Part shown: piece after piece, positions 26,385-37,795 of the stretch
Layout of the letters: each line of letters begins with the position of its first letter
How positions within the stretch are numbered: the first letter of the stretch is position 1
Assembly: GCF_006345805.1 (NCBI RefSeq)
Contig: NC_043003.1
Coordinates: 79,856,001 to 79,920,000, forward strand
Reading direction: 5' to 3'
Origin: Octopus sinensis
Taxonomy: Eukaryota
Length of the DNA stretch: 64,000 nucleotides
The notes under the pieces: generated by a model
What the model was told of the DNA's origin: nothing
What the model saw: only the letters and a program-made list of their open reading frames with translations
Database searches by the model: none
Position numbers and translations under genes: made by a program

Positions 26385-26385
<1 letters not shown>
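25993..26385 (-). mobile_element. Non-autonomous Helitron-like element, ~393 bp
   Basis: Minus strand: A|TCtattatataaaatccgttctgtctgtctg 5' end; GC-rich subterminal hairpin and CTCG|T 3' end (variant of CTRR); no TSD. Confidence 0.6.
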
Positions 26386-26387
<2 letters not shown>

Positions 26388-26449
<62 letters not shown>

Positions 26450-26458
26450 ATCTATCTA

Positions 26459-26497
<39 letters not shown>

Positions 26498-26570
26498 ATG
26501 TAATAACACACACACGCACACACACACACACACTTACTTACTTACTCACTCACTCACACACACACAATAA
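26388..26570. repeat. (TATC)n/(TA)n/(CA)n microsatellite
   Basis: Direct reading. Confidence 0.95.
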
Positions 26571-27524
26571 TAGTAAAGAAGCCAGACACTTCTTTACACG
26601 CACACCCACTATAAAATTGTGAGTACATTACATAAGTAATAAACAATGAAAGCAATAACGTTTTGTGAGTAGGTAACGGAGCTACTGGTAGATACCACTC
26701 GTTCCATGTGATCAATAGGTAGCTGAACTAACTGACTTAAAATGAAAATTTGAAGAGCAATTCATATGTCTGTATAAAATTATTCACGAGTTCATTTCCC
26801 ATCCCACACTTCTCGAGATTATCAGAAACACCGACAAAGAAGAGTAACCAGCCTCCTCATGAACAAATAATAGATTAACTATTCCCCACTTAGAGATGTA
26901 CAATTCTGGTGTCCAGGAACTGGAGAAGGAGATTAAGTTACCTGATCAATGAAAGAGACAAGGATAGTCATAGATTCGTGAATTATGATAGAAAATTTCA
27001 CTTTTGCAATAGCAATAAAGAATATATCATCCGTATCAGAAACTACCCCCAAAAGTCTGCGGGGTACTACAATTCCTTAAGTAACAAAATTATCAGCAAA
27101 ACTATCTGCAATGCTATCTCTTGCTTCCCCAACAAGAACGAGAATGTATAAATATCTTTACAAGTAAAGACTACTGACTGGAAGCAATTCTAATAAAAAC
27201 AGCAATCTTGATACTGTTCTATGGTACAAGGAGCAAATGCCAAGCACTCTTGCAGAGATCACCGGCTTAGTGAATGTGAATATCTTGTCGAAATTTGCGA
27301 ACTAAAGAGAACACCTACGGAGAAGAAATGAAGATATACAATTCTTGCAGCCGACTCATAAATATTCATATAAACAAATTATCATAAATTCTCTCTGGGA
27401 TATGTAATAACACATTTACATAAAAACCAGTAAAACTGGGATTCCTCTAGAAAAAGCAAAACTGACTCTTATCCTTCAAATCTAATCTATAGGTGGTATC
27501 TTTCCTCTGTTATCTTATATCCTT

Positions 27525-27878
27525 TACTTGTTTCAGTTATTAGACTGCGACCATACTGGGGCACCGCCTTGAAAAATTTTTGTATTACTTATTGTTTTTC
27601 TTTAAGCTCGGCACTTATTTTATCGATCTCTTGTGGTGAGCCGCTAATTTACGGGGCATAAACATACCAACACCGGTTATTAAGCGGCAGTAGGTGATAA
27701 ATGTCGACACATACACATACACAAACACACATATACGACGGGTTTCCTTCAGTATGTATCTTTTAAATCTACTAACAAGGCTTTGGTTGACCGCGACTGT
27801 AACAGAAGGCGTCACACAACAGGACTGAACCAGAAATCCTGTGGTTAGGTAGCAAGCGTCTTACCACGTAGCCACGCA
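27525..27878 (-). mobile_element. SINE family A, degenerate
   Basis: tacttgtttcagtt..ccatactggggcaccgcc..ggtagcaagcgtcttaccacgtagccacgc. Confidence 0.8.
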
Positions 27879-28340
27879 TGTAAATTGAGGACTTGTAAGG
27901 CATTCCGCAGATTCTATGTTTTAGTTTCCTGGAATGAACATATACACACAATCAAAGATCTGCATATGATATACTAATGCATAAACAGTAATCACACTAA
28001 AGAGAGTGTGTACGCATAACATGACAGGGAGTAAATCTGGACATATATCTACCTATATGCACACTCATACACCTCTCTTCAGATACCTGATTCCTTGCAC
28101 CTCCATCAGAAATTAAAAAGATTAATTTTACTTTCGCTGAATTCAGTCATCGAACTGCAACCAAGCTGGAGCAACAACTTCTTTTAGTCCATTTCAGATT
28201 TGGACTTATTTCATCAATCTCTATTCATCGAATTTCTACTTTAGTATTTTTTCATAAACGTATGACACGTTAAGTTATTAAACATATTTTGTGCTTAACA
28301 GCGAGCTAAACCCCTCTTATTCTCTTACTAAACTTAACAG

Positions 28341-28532
28341 TTATGCAGAAATAATAGAATACGTGGCACATTCAGTTGTAGGAATTTTATCAGTACCGAG
28401 ATGTCACATAGCTCTTGTGGTTGTTTAGCCTCAAGGCAGTTCGAACATGCCACCGCTGAAAGCAATTCGCCAGGATCATCTCGCGTTTGTGCCTCATTAG
28501 GGGCTATATTACTCACTGTGCTCATTTCATAA
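28341..28532 (+). CDS. Candidate terminal coding exon, Cys-rich with hydrophobic C-terminus (possible GPI signal)
   Basis: Acceptor cttaacag|; 63 open codons LCRNNRIRGTFSCRNFISTEMSHSSCGCLASRQFEHATAESNSPGSSRVCASLGAILLTVLIS*; GC visibly above flanks; no repeat similarity seen. Confidence 0.4.
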   Translation, partial: LCRNNRIRGTFSCRNFISTEMSHSSCGCLASRQFEHATAESNSPGSSRVCASLGAILLTVLIS

Positions 28533-29214
28533 GACAGTATGACTGTGGAGTATATTCTGAGGAAAATTTAGTTGCTATATTTACTGGATGAGCAGCCACG
28601 TAGATGTTCCATCGTTGGTTTATGTCAGTTAGTGATTTATAAAGATGCTCTTGGTTAGTGTTATATCATCTTCACTGAACCAGACATGAATGTTCTTTTT
28701 CATACATTACAAGAAGAGAGTATACTATATATTAGAAAGATACTAGTTGTTTTGCTTTTTATTGACTTGTAAAATATGAGCTTCTGCAGTCACATTACCA
28801 TATTTCCAGGTCTCTGACTATATGAATGACTAATAAGACAACATATATTTTGGGAAAACACAAAAATACAATAAATTTCCAATAAAAATTGTCGTTATTT
28901 TCTTCCCGTTTTCTTAAATGAAATATTATTTGACACAATTCTATATATATTTGATAATTATATAGACTACATATGCGTATGTATTTATTACCGGCATTAT
29001 TTGAAACTACAGTATTATGTAGTCTGCCGAAGTATTCAATAGAATGTCTAGAATTGCTTTGTAAAAGAACCGAGTAAGCTTATCTCGTTCTGACTTTATA
29101 TACTTTACCTAGGGATTTGAATAGAATGAGTAGGCATTCTATAGAATATCTAATACTTTTTAACTAGAGTAGAGTAAGGGTTGGGTACTTTATTAACGAA
29201 CTAAAATCTTTAGA

Positions 29215-29360
29215 ACGTGGTTTTGTGGTTAAGAAGTTCGTTTCAGGTTAAGTCCCACTGCGTGGCATCTTGGGGAAGTGACTTCTACTCTACCCACCGT
29301 TCGACAAATGTCTTGTGAGTGAATATGATAACCAGTTACTTTGTGAAAGATGTATAAGAC
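29215..29360 (+). mobile_element. SINE family A 5' part, degenerate
   Basis: gtcccactgcgtggcatcttggggaagtgacttctac..ttgtgagtgaat. Confidence 0.65.
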
Positions 29361-29554
29361 GGGGTGTCGAATATTTCCTGGCTTTGGGTAAAAAAAAATA
29401 CCGGAGGATGAGTTAATTATGATTTTATTCGACATGCTCCTCCAGTTATTCTAAGCCATGAAATAGAAGTTGGAAGATTGGGCCTCCAGCCAGACCTTTC
29501 GCACCTGTAAGATTAGAAACTTTTCCGTATTCGTCGATATGTAAATACATATAT

Positions 29555-29786
29555 ATTTCTTTACTACCCACAAGGGGCTAAACACAGAGAGAACAAACAA
29601 GGGCAGACAAACGGATTAAGTCGATTATATCGACCCCAGTGCGTAACTGGTACTTTTTTTATCGACCCCGAAAGGATGAAAGGCAAAGTCGATCTCGGCG
29701 GAATTTGAACTCAGAACGTAGCGGCAGACGAAATACTGCTAAGAATTTCGCCCGGCGTGCTAACGTTTCTGCCAGCTCGCCGCCTT
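29555..29786 (-). mobile_element. SINE family B long variant, well preserved
   Basis: Reverse complement of aaggcggcgagctggcagaaacgttagcacgccgggcgaaat..gtgggtagtaaagaaat. Confidence 0.92.
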
Positions 29787-29812
29787 TATGCATACATATA
29801 TGTATATTATCT

Positions 29813-29943
29813 ATACAAAATAAGAAAATGGAGAAATACACCTTAATCAATAATCAACTACCAGATAATAAATTATGTGATTGGGTATTATCTGGTAGTT
29901 GATTATTGATTAAGGTGTATTTCTCCATTTTCTTATTTTGTAT
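29813..29943. repeat. Perfect hairpin, 58-bp arms, 15-nt loop
   Basis: 29813-29870 is the exact reverse complement of 29886-29943. Confidence 0.95.
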
Positions 29944-30135
29944 TATTAATTTGTGGTAAAACATTTTACCTTTTCCCATATAATACAATAAATGAGTTAA
30001 TTGCAACGCAATTCTTAACATTTATGTATTAACTTTGTTGGGTGCTTTACTGGCAGTATATTGGATATATGTTATCCCATGGTGGGTTGCACTCACAACC
30101 CCTATCTCAATTTGTATATTATATATATATATATA

Positions 30136-30225
30136 CTAGCTGGACCCGTGAAAAATTTACGGAAAACATAAAAAATGAAAGCGTCTGTAAAAAGTGTACT
30201 GGTGCCATGAGAAATGTTTGTATAT
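30136..30225 (-). mobile_element. Helitron 3' terminus fragment
   Basis: Minus strand ccgt-aaatttttc-acgg hairpin, gtccag, CTAG|T: canonical Helitron 3' end arrangement. Confidence 0.55.
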
Positions 30226-30227
30226 TA

Positions 30228-30375
30228 TAACCGTCTGTTTTTACGTTCTGAGTTCAAATTCTGCCGAGGTCAACTTTGCTTTTCCTCCCTTGGGGATCGG
30301 TAAATTAAGTACCAATTGTGTGCTGGGATCGATCTAATCAACTGGCCCACTCCCCACAAAAATTTCAGGCCTAGA
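30228..30375 (+). mobile_element. SINE family B, partial
   Basis: ttacgttctgagttcaaattctgccgaggtcaactttgc..taaattaagtacca. Confidence 0.8.
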
Positions 30376-30564
30376 AAATTATATTGCGACAGTTAAAGAA
30401 TATAGAAAGTAATGTGACACCAATGACTATATAATCCAACCAAAATATCTGTTACACAAATGTAAACGGAATTACTATTTAACCTTAGAATACGTTGTAC
30501 ATATTCAAAGAACCTTCTTGGTTTAGTGGTACGGAACGTTTTTCTGGTATTCTTTTATTGTTTT

Positions 30565-30860
30565 CCTTGTTTCAGTTATTTGACAGTGGCCATGCTAGAG
30601 CACCACCCTTTAGTCGAAGAAATTGACCCCTGGACTTATTCCCTGTAAAGCCTGGTGCTTATTCTATCAGTCTTTTCTGCTGAGAAGCTAAATTACAGAG
30701 ACGCAAACGCACCATCAACGGTGTGCAGCAACAGTGGTGGTGGGAAAAACACAGACACAAACACACACACACACATACATACATACACACATACATACAT
30801 ACATACATACACACACGCATACACACACACACCACACACATTCACATATATATGATGGGT
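30565..30860 (-). mobile_element. SINE family A 3' half
   Basis: ccttgtttcagtt..tggccatgctagagcacc..tattctatcagtcttttctgctga. Confidence 0.75.
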
Positions 30861-31099
30861 TTGGCGGTAGTGGTGATGCTGGCTGGTGCAATTTTGTAAT
30901 TTGCTGGTATGCCGAGAGAGATCCAACGGGCCACACATGTATGCACACATATACACAAACACATACCTAGAGAGAGAGAGAGAGAGGCTGACAGATAGTA
31001 GCTGTCAGTCAATAACAAAGTTTTCGTTACTCTTTCTCTCTCTCTCTCTCTCTCTCTGTCTTCTTACCTGTTGCTTTGCTACAGACTGGAATTGTTTAT

Positions 31100-32050
31100 C
31101 GGTCGTGTTATTCTTTGCTCCACTATGAAAAATTGTTTTTTGTGCTGAAGATTGTGAAACTTTACCGTTTTGGTCGTCGAGACCACTTCTTTTCTGCTGT
31201 TACAGCACAATTTTGTTGTTGTTTCCCTTTTGTTTCAAGGAGAAAATAGCTAAAAACCTGAATTCGTCACCAGTTTCTTCCGCTTCCGAGGAAAACTTTG
31301 AAATTTTGTTTCAAGGCATAGAGAGGAGTATGAGGGAGGAGAACGGTAAAAATATAGAGGCGACTCACGCGCTCGTTACAAAGGCAGACGATAAAATGTC
31401 TTACGAGGCTACACAACAGGAAAAATCTAGAGCAACTCGCTCCTGTGAAAATACTGAAATAAGTAAGGAAGATTTAAAAAAAAATATCAAGGTTTACTGA
31501 AAAAGGAAGGTGAAAATGTGAAGTTGCTCCCTCCCAGTGAATTAATCAACACGACGGAGAGAAAAACACACACAAACACACAGACACCTACCACAAGCAC
31601 ACACACACCTACAAACACCCACGTATCTACAAGCACACACACACCCAGAAGCATACACACATACACACACACACCTCCACAATCGCCTAATAACAAAAAA
31701 GAGAAACAACTTCACGGCGATAAACAAAAATAATAAACTCTTAAGAGACCAAATTGTTTTAATGAAGTCAGCGAAAAAATATATCGAAACTGATTTAAAT
31801 AGTACAATTCTTGTAAATGTCGTGTTTTATACCATCGACAACACAGACTATTTCGAACTAAAAAAAATCTTTTGCGGAGGACATCGGCTCGTTACAGATG
31901 AACTTTCCGAGCCATCTGTACAGGCAATTCTCTAAGACAATGACCTCGCAAACCACTACACTTACAGACAGAAAAGAGGAGGAGGTCGAAACTATACCTC
32001 TCTCACTAAAACAGTGAGTTTTAAAAACATACGATTTATTTTTCACATTC
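31100..32050 (+). mobile_element. Possible LINE 5'/ORF1-like remnant
   Basis: Pyrimidine-rich leader, acidic coiled-coil-like ORF (31213..31500), then a Thr/His-rich tract; layout resembles the ORF1 region at 49450-50800; no diagnostic motif. Confidence 0.3.
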
Positions 32051-32281
32051 TCGTTTAAACTCGGTTGTTCAAATGTACGCAGTCTGGGGTCGGATTGGAA
32101 GCAAGGCTGCCTCCTTGACCACCTTGGGTCGCATCGTTCTGTGCAACATCTAAGTTGTGAGAGCTGGAGTGAAACAGATGTTCACCCGGCAGATGGCTGG
32201 TGCCCATTTTCAGCTGAAGTAATGGAGTATCTTGCTCAAGGACACAGAACACTACTTGGTCCATGAATCGAATTCTCTCCG

Positions 32282-32329
<48 letters not shown>

Positions 32330-32583
32330 GTAGATATATAAATGTATATATATATAGTGAAAGGGAGAAAGAGAAATGGGAAGCTGAAATGTTCTTATCA
32401 AACTTACATAAATTTAAGAAAAGCTGCTGCTTGAGAGGAAGTTCTGTTGTTTATAAATATACTCTCACCAGGCTCATATATTTGTTTAACAAGTTAGAGA
32501 CTTTATTTATAAAACGCTGTTAAAACTGACTTGTTGCAACATCTAAACACTCACTGTATTGTGACTGTTTTCATTTCATTTAG

Positions 32584-32654
32584 ATTTAACTCTTCCTGTT
32601 TCTTCGAACCGTATTTCCACACTTCAAGTTGGTCCCACATATGTTGTTTCACAG
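32584..32654 (+). CDS. Candidate internal exon (phase 1 to 0)
   Basis: tttcatttcatttag| (D)LTLPVSSNRISTLQVGPTYVVSQ |gtgatt. Confidence 0.25.
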
Positions 32655-33698
32655 GTGATTTATATACACGAAATTTAAAAGTTATGCCGAAATATCAAGT
32701 TAAAGATGTCACTATGTTGTGTTGAGATACTAGTATCAAAGGAGTCACAATAACGATGTTTCATACGTGCTTTAGTCTTTATGACTTGCAGAAACCAATA
32801 GTAACAACAACAAAAACAAGAACAATAACAACAACAACAACAACCATAAAGAACAATTTAAATAAAATAAAAGACAATGGAAAAGTCACTGTATGTTTTA
32901 AAATTCATTATCCCCATTAAGAATGCTGCAAGTTGACATCAGGGAACTCGTGTACCCGATGTAAATTTTAATTACAAAAACCAGACTAAAAGTAATAAAA
33001 AAAAGAGCAAACATAAATTTGACACCAGAAATGTTCTTGTTGATACACTACTTTGTTATTGAAATGAACGAAAATATTTGAATACATTAAGTGAAATAGT
33101 TGAAGTTATTTTAAAAGCTTTGCTCACTGGCTGCATTATTATGGAGATGTTTTAGTTTTCGTGGATAGTTTAACTTGTGAATAAAGTAGGGTTTTGGTTA
33201 TGCGGCATTGAAAGATAATGTACATAACTCATCATAAAAACAAAAATAAACTGCTTGATAGCCACCTTCCTATGAGTAATAAACTAAAGCACAAACTATA
33301 ATTTATCACATACTTTTATGTGAACATAAACTGTAGATTAAATCGGTTGTGTTTAGAAAATGAAAGTTGAACAACACATTAAATGAAATAGAAATTTAAG
33401 TGATGCAGAGTGAATGGCTACGTTATAGTCAGTACAATATAGAAATCTGTTTCGATTCCATTTGTAGCTACTTTTACTTTACTTATACCAATAATCCCAC
33501 TACCAAAAGAATGAATATCACAACCTTACTTAATTTCTTATGCTTTAGGCTTAGAGTGAGAAGATAATTGAAAATTATATTTGTGTCAATCCTCGTATAC
33601 GATGACATAAAATTAAAGAAGTGAAATAAATTATGACTTTGTAAGAAAGAAGACAAGTATAACGTTTGAGACTAGAACATTTCAAGAGAGAAAGAGAG

Positions 33699-33741
<43 letters not shown>

Positions 33742-34268
33742 AAGGGTAACGGAGAGAGAGTGAGGGGGGAAGGTTTTATTTTGTAATTTATTCCGATTCG
33801 TCAACATTTAGAAATTACTATTTACCAATGTAGAGCATCACTGATTCCTTCAAATTCTGCTGTTGCTGTACGTAACATGATAACCTGAAGAGACAGTGGA
33901 AATTATTGAAATAATGTTTATAGACTCAAATTTGTAAAGCAAAATTATATAATTAAAGTTTAATTAAACAATTAAGTTACACATATTTAGTTTAATAAGA
34001 GAAGTTAAATTAATATTTGTTCTATACAATAAAGTCTATATTTTAAGTTCATATGTGTAATATATATCGTAGCGTTATGCTTATTAAGTGACATAAAGCA
34101 AATACAGTACTTGTGTTATGTTGTGTATTGTAAATACATTATTGAAACTACAACTATTTAGCAAGCCGCGTCTCTGATTTATAATGAGCCACATACAGTA
34201 TATGCAGACAAGCACGGATATACATGCATACATACGTACATACATACATACATACATACATACATACA

Positions 34269-34300
<32 letters not shown>

Positions 34301-34894
34301 CATATGTGTGTTTCTGGGTACAAACAATCAGTTTCAAATTTCGTTTCACTACAAAAGGCCTCAAATGCTGAAGATGATATTGAAATGTAGACAATATTAA
34401 GATGGTTGAATCTCCAAGGAATAACAAAAGTTCAAACTACAGCGTTAAGCTCTAGCTATTAGTGATGTGATTAACGACTAGTCGACGCAAGAAATTGTGC
34501 TTAAAAATAAATTTCTAAATCCCCAGCATAGATAATTAGAAGAATAATATAGTTAGTGGCATTCTAGACATCCATCTGGAATTGTAAATGCTGAAGAGCA
34601 AATAATGTACTTTCTTGCACTTCTAGTAATATCCATTCACTTGCCTCCATAACCTTAGGTTCGCATAAATTATACGCGTGCTGTCTAGATATCTGAAATA
34701 AAACCTACATTACTTTTATGGACAAGGATTTTGAAACTGTTCAGCAATACAAACACAAGAAATTTGTCACTGTCAACAGTATTTAGACACAATCACTGTG
34801 CATGGGAAGGAAACAATCCTGTATGTAGCCCTCGCTACGTTTAAACAACCTTAGATCCTTGAAGATGGTGTAAGTGTTTTTCCCCTGACGGTTA

Positions 34895-35129
34895 TGACGG
34901 CGAGCTGGCAGAACCGTTAGCACGCTGGGCGAAACGCTTAACAGTATTTAGTCTGCTGCTACGTTCTGAGTTCAAATTCCGCCGACGTCGACTTTGGCTG
35001 TCATCCTTTCGGGGTCGATAAATTAAGTACCAGTTACGAACTGGGGTCGATATAATCGACTTAATCCGTTTCTCTGTCCTTGTTTGTCCCCTCTGTGTTT
35101 AGCCCCTTGTGGGTAGTAAAGAAATAGGT
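34895..35129 (+). mobile_element. SINE family B long variant
   Basis: gacggcgagctggcagaaccgttagcacgctgggcgaaa..gggtagtaaagaaataggt. Confidence 0.92.
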
Positions 35130-35419
35130 TCCATGCTCTGGAGTATTGAGTTCACCGAACAACTTTGATTGCATCTAAAAAAGGAACAAAAACACTCCGG
35201 GTGATTGGTCAAGATCCCCCCCCCCACTTGCACTCATATATGCGCTTATCTGAGGCACCTAGCGACCTTTTCTATTACTGTTACAGCCTCTAATCCTTGG
35301 AGCTGGCTAATTAACTTTCACCTTGAACTAAATCCCACTCATCTCTTTCGTATCTCCCTAATGTATATTTCTCCATTGATTCCAGTACTTCATTTTCAGA
35401 AGAACATCCTTATGGAATG

Positions 35420-35560
35420 TATGCATGCATGTATATATGCATGTATGTATGTATGTATGTATGTATGTATGTATGTATGTATGTATGTATGTATGTATGT
35501 ATGTATGTATGTATGTATGTATGTATGTATGTATGTATTATGTATGTATGTATATAATAG
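35420..35560. repeat. (TATG)n microsatellite
   Basis: Direct reading. Confidence 0.95.
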
Positions 35561-35659
35561 TAATAATAATAATAAAGAGTAAAATTAATTAATTAATTAA
35601 TAATTTTACCAAGTAGTTCGGTATGTTAAAAGAACCATTATCGGTAAACTTATACAAGA

Positions 35660-35928
35660 ATTCTATAATTATGAACATAATTATGATTAAGGTTCAGCAA
35701 AATTTGCTTCACCACATACCGAAATTTAGAAATAGCAGCTAAAATACTATTCCACTACCATAAGATATCTCCCAGACAACAATATTCTGCGTGAGTTGTA
35801 GAGTATTGCTGTCTAGAAGATATCTTATGGTACCAGAATAGTATTTTAACTGCTATTTCTAAATTTCGGTACGTGGTGAAGCAAATTTTGCTGAACCCTA
35901 ATTATAATTATGCCCATAATTATAGAAT
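35660..35928. mobile_element. Fold-back/MITE-like imperfect palindrome
   Basis: ~128-bp arms (ggttcagcaaaatttgcttcaccac / gtggtgaagcaaattttgctgaacc, etc.), ~11-nt loop. Confidence 0.7.
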
Positions 35929-36762
35929 ATATATATATCAAAGCATGAAGACATCAGGTTACAGATGTTCCACACCAGTCATGGCTAACTTCCAACGGCT
36001 ATGGGCACAGAGCCTTCTCTCTGATAACACAAGAACAAAGAAGTGACATAGGTGTAGAGAACCAGTCTCTGGCCAGTTGGAAAACTTTAATCAATGACGC
36101 TATCGCTCAAAAGATGCGATAAAAAGTAAAAAAATAAATAAATAAAATAACAAAAAAATAAGTGTGCGACAATAGTGAATTGCCCACAAAGAGAGATCCA
36201 CGAGAGTCTTTAGCTTTAGTGATATTTGACCTAGTATGTACATTTACCACTTAACTACGAATATAATCTCCTTAGGTTTCTCAGAACATATTCATCATCG
36301 CACATTACAATGTAAATGGTAAATATTTCGTTAAGTTCACGGTTGTTTAAAGTCTTTTTGATCTTTTATTTTAATCAGACAATGGAATTAGAATACTGGG
36401 GTCATTACTGGAAAAATATAGATCAGAGAAAATATATGGCGACGACCTTAATCTCTTTGTAAAAATTCAATGAAGTCATTCTTGTGTGCGGTTGAATTAA
36501 TGTTATGGGGATTTAAATGCTATTTTCAATTCTATACCGTATTTTTATCGTAAAATAGAATAGAATTCCTTTATTATCATTTCTATTAGAGAGATTCATA
36601 CATTGAAATTTCGTATGATATAGCTCAAACGTTCAATACAAACAGGCAAAGATAGAAAATAAAAAGAAAGTTATAGAACAGACATTTTCAGCTTCATTCA
36701 TTCGTATAAAATTGTACAGCGTAAGAGTAAAGGCTCATTCAGTAAAGTAAAGGCTGTTTCAG

Positions 36763-36858
36763 ACTGACTAATACTATTCTGAAATCTTCAAATCTTATGT
36801 ACAATATTAAACTGCCAGACTGCTGGATAGTTGGTTTCACCAATGATTCGTGGAGCAC
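36763..36858 (+). CDS. Candidate symmetric 96-nt internal exon (phase 2-2)
   Basis: gctgtttcag| LTNTILKSSNLMYNIKLPDCWIVGFTNDSWS |gtgagt; an in-frame stop falls just past the donor. Confidence 0.3.
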
Positions 36859-37574
36859 GTGAGTGTAGTAGAATGTGATAAATGTCATGAACTTACAGAC
36901 TATATTTCCAATAATTTCACTAAATTTCATAAGATATTTCCATTAAATTCAGTATTTTACAGCTCAGTAAAAATTATCTAAGATTACAAGATAATATAAA
37001 AGGCATTGTTCTGAACATACAAGGAATACTGAAATTTTATGTAACGGAGGTATTTATGTTTCTAAATCATAAACTGTCGTCTACATTTTGGAATCTTTAT
37101 CCTGGCTAGTAATTTAATATAGTAATTATGGCTGTGTTGCGTCGGAATTACTTTCCGAGCGAAAAACTATTTGTCTCTTTTACGCCTTCTTCCAATCTCA
37201 TTCTTTATATCCTGACCTTTATATCCTTTCATCATTTGGGGTTCCTACAAGCATACTGTTTCATCTAACAGACTTCTTCCTCTCATTTTCTGAAGAAGAC
37301 TCATATCCAAGACGCTAAATTATTTTCATTTATCCAACCCCTCCATGTATCATCATCTTAAAAAATATTTTCCCCCGAAGATGAATTGTTTAGGGACACC
37401 CAAATCATTTGTGGGTAGAAGCACTCTGATAAATGTATTATAGTTTTAATTCAAGATTTTGTTTTAAAAGTAAAGTTTAAACTCACAAAATTACGATAAT
37501 TTTCACAGTTGCAGTTTATTTTTATGCTTGATCTTTCAATGACTGTAAAAAATATCTTAAAAATACATCCTGTA

Positions 37575-37795
37575 GGGTTGCGAGCCGGCAGTATTGTTAA
37601 TGCGCCGGATGAAAAGCTTAGTTGCATTTCTTACGACTTTATATTCTGAGTTCAAATGCCGTCAGGGTCGACTTCGCGTTTCATCCTTTCGGGGTCGATA
37701 AAATAAGTATCATTCGAGCTCTAGGGTCGAGTTCAATGCAATCGACCTATCCACTTCATGGAAATTGCTGGCCTTGTACTAAAATTTCAACCCAA
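37575..37795 (+). mobile_element. SINE family B, degenerate
   Basis: ttctgagttcaaatgccgtcagggtcgacttcgcgtttcatcctttcggggtcgataaaataagta. Confidence 0.8.

Noticed and set aside
26894-27151. 86-codon open frame after an AG
   Set aside because: No recognisable motif and no donor phase-compatible with the 28341 candidate exon.
28513-28552. 40-nt minus-strand exon candidate with GTGAGT donor
   Set aside because: It overlaps the more convincing plus-strand terminal exon candidate and encodes only a short uninformative peptide.
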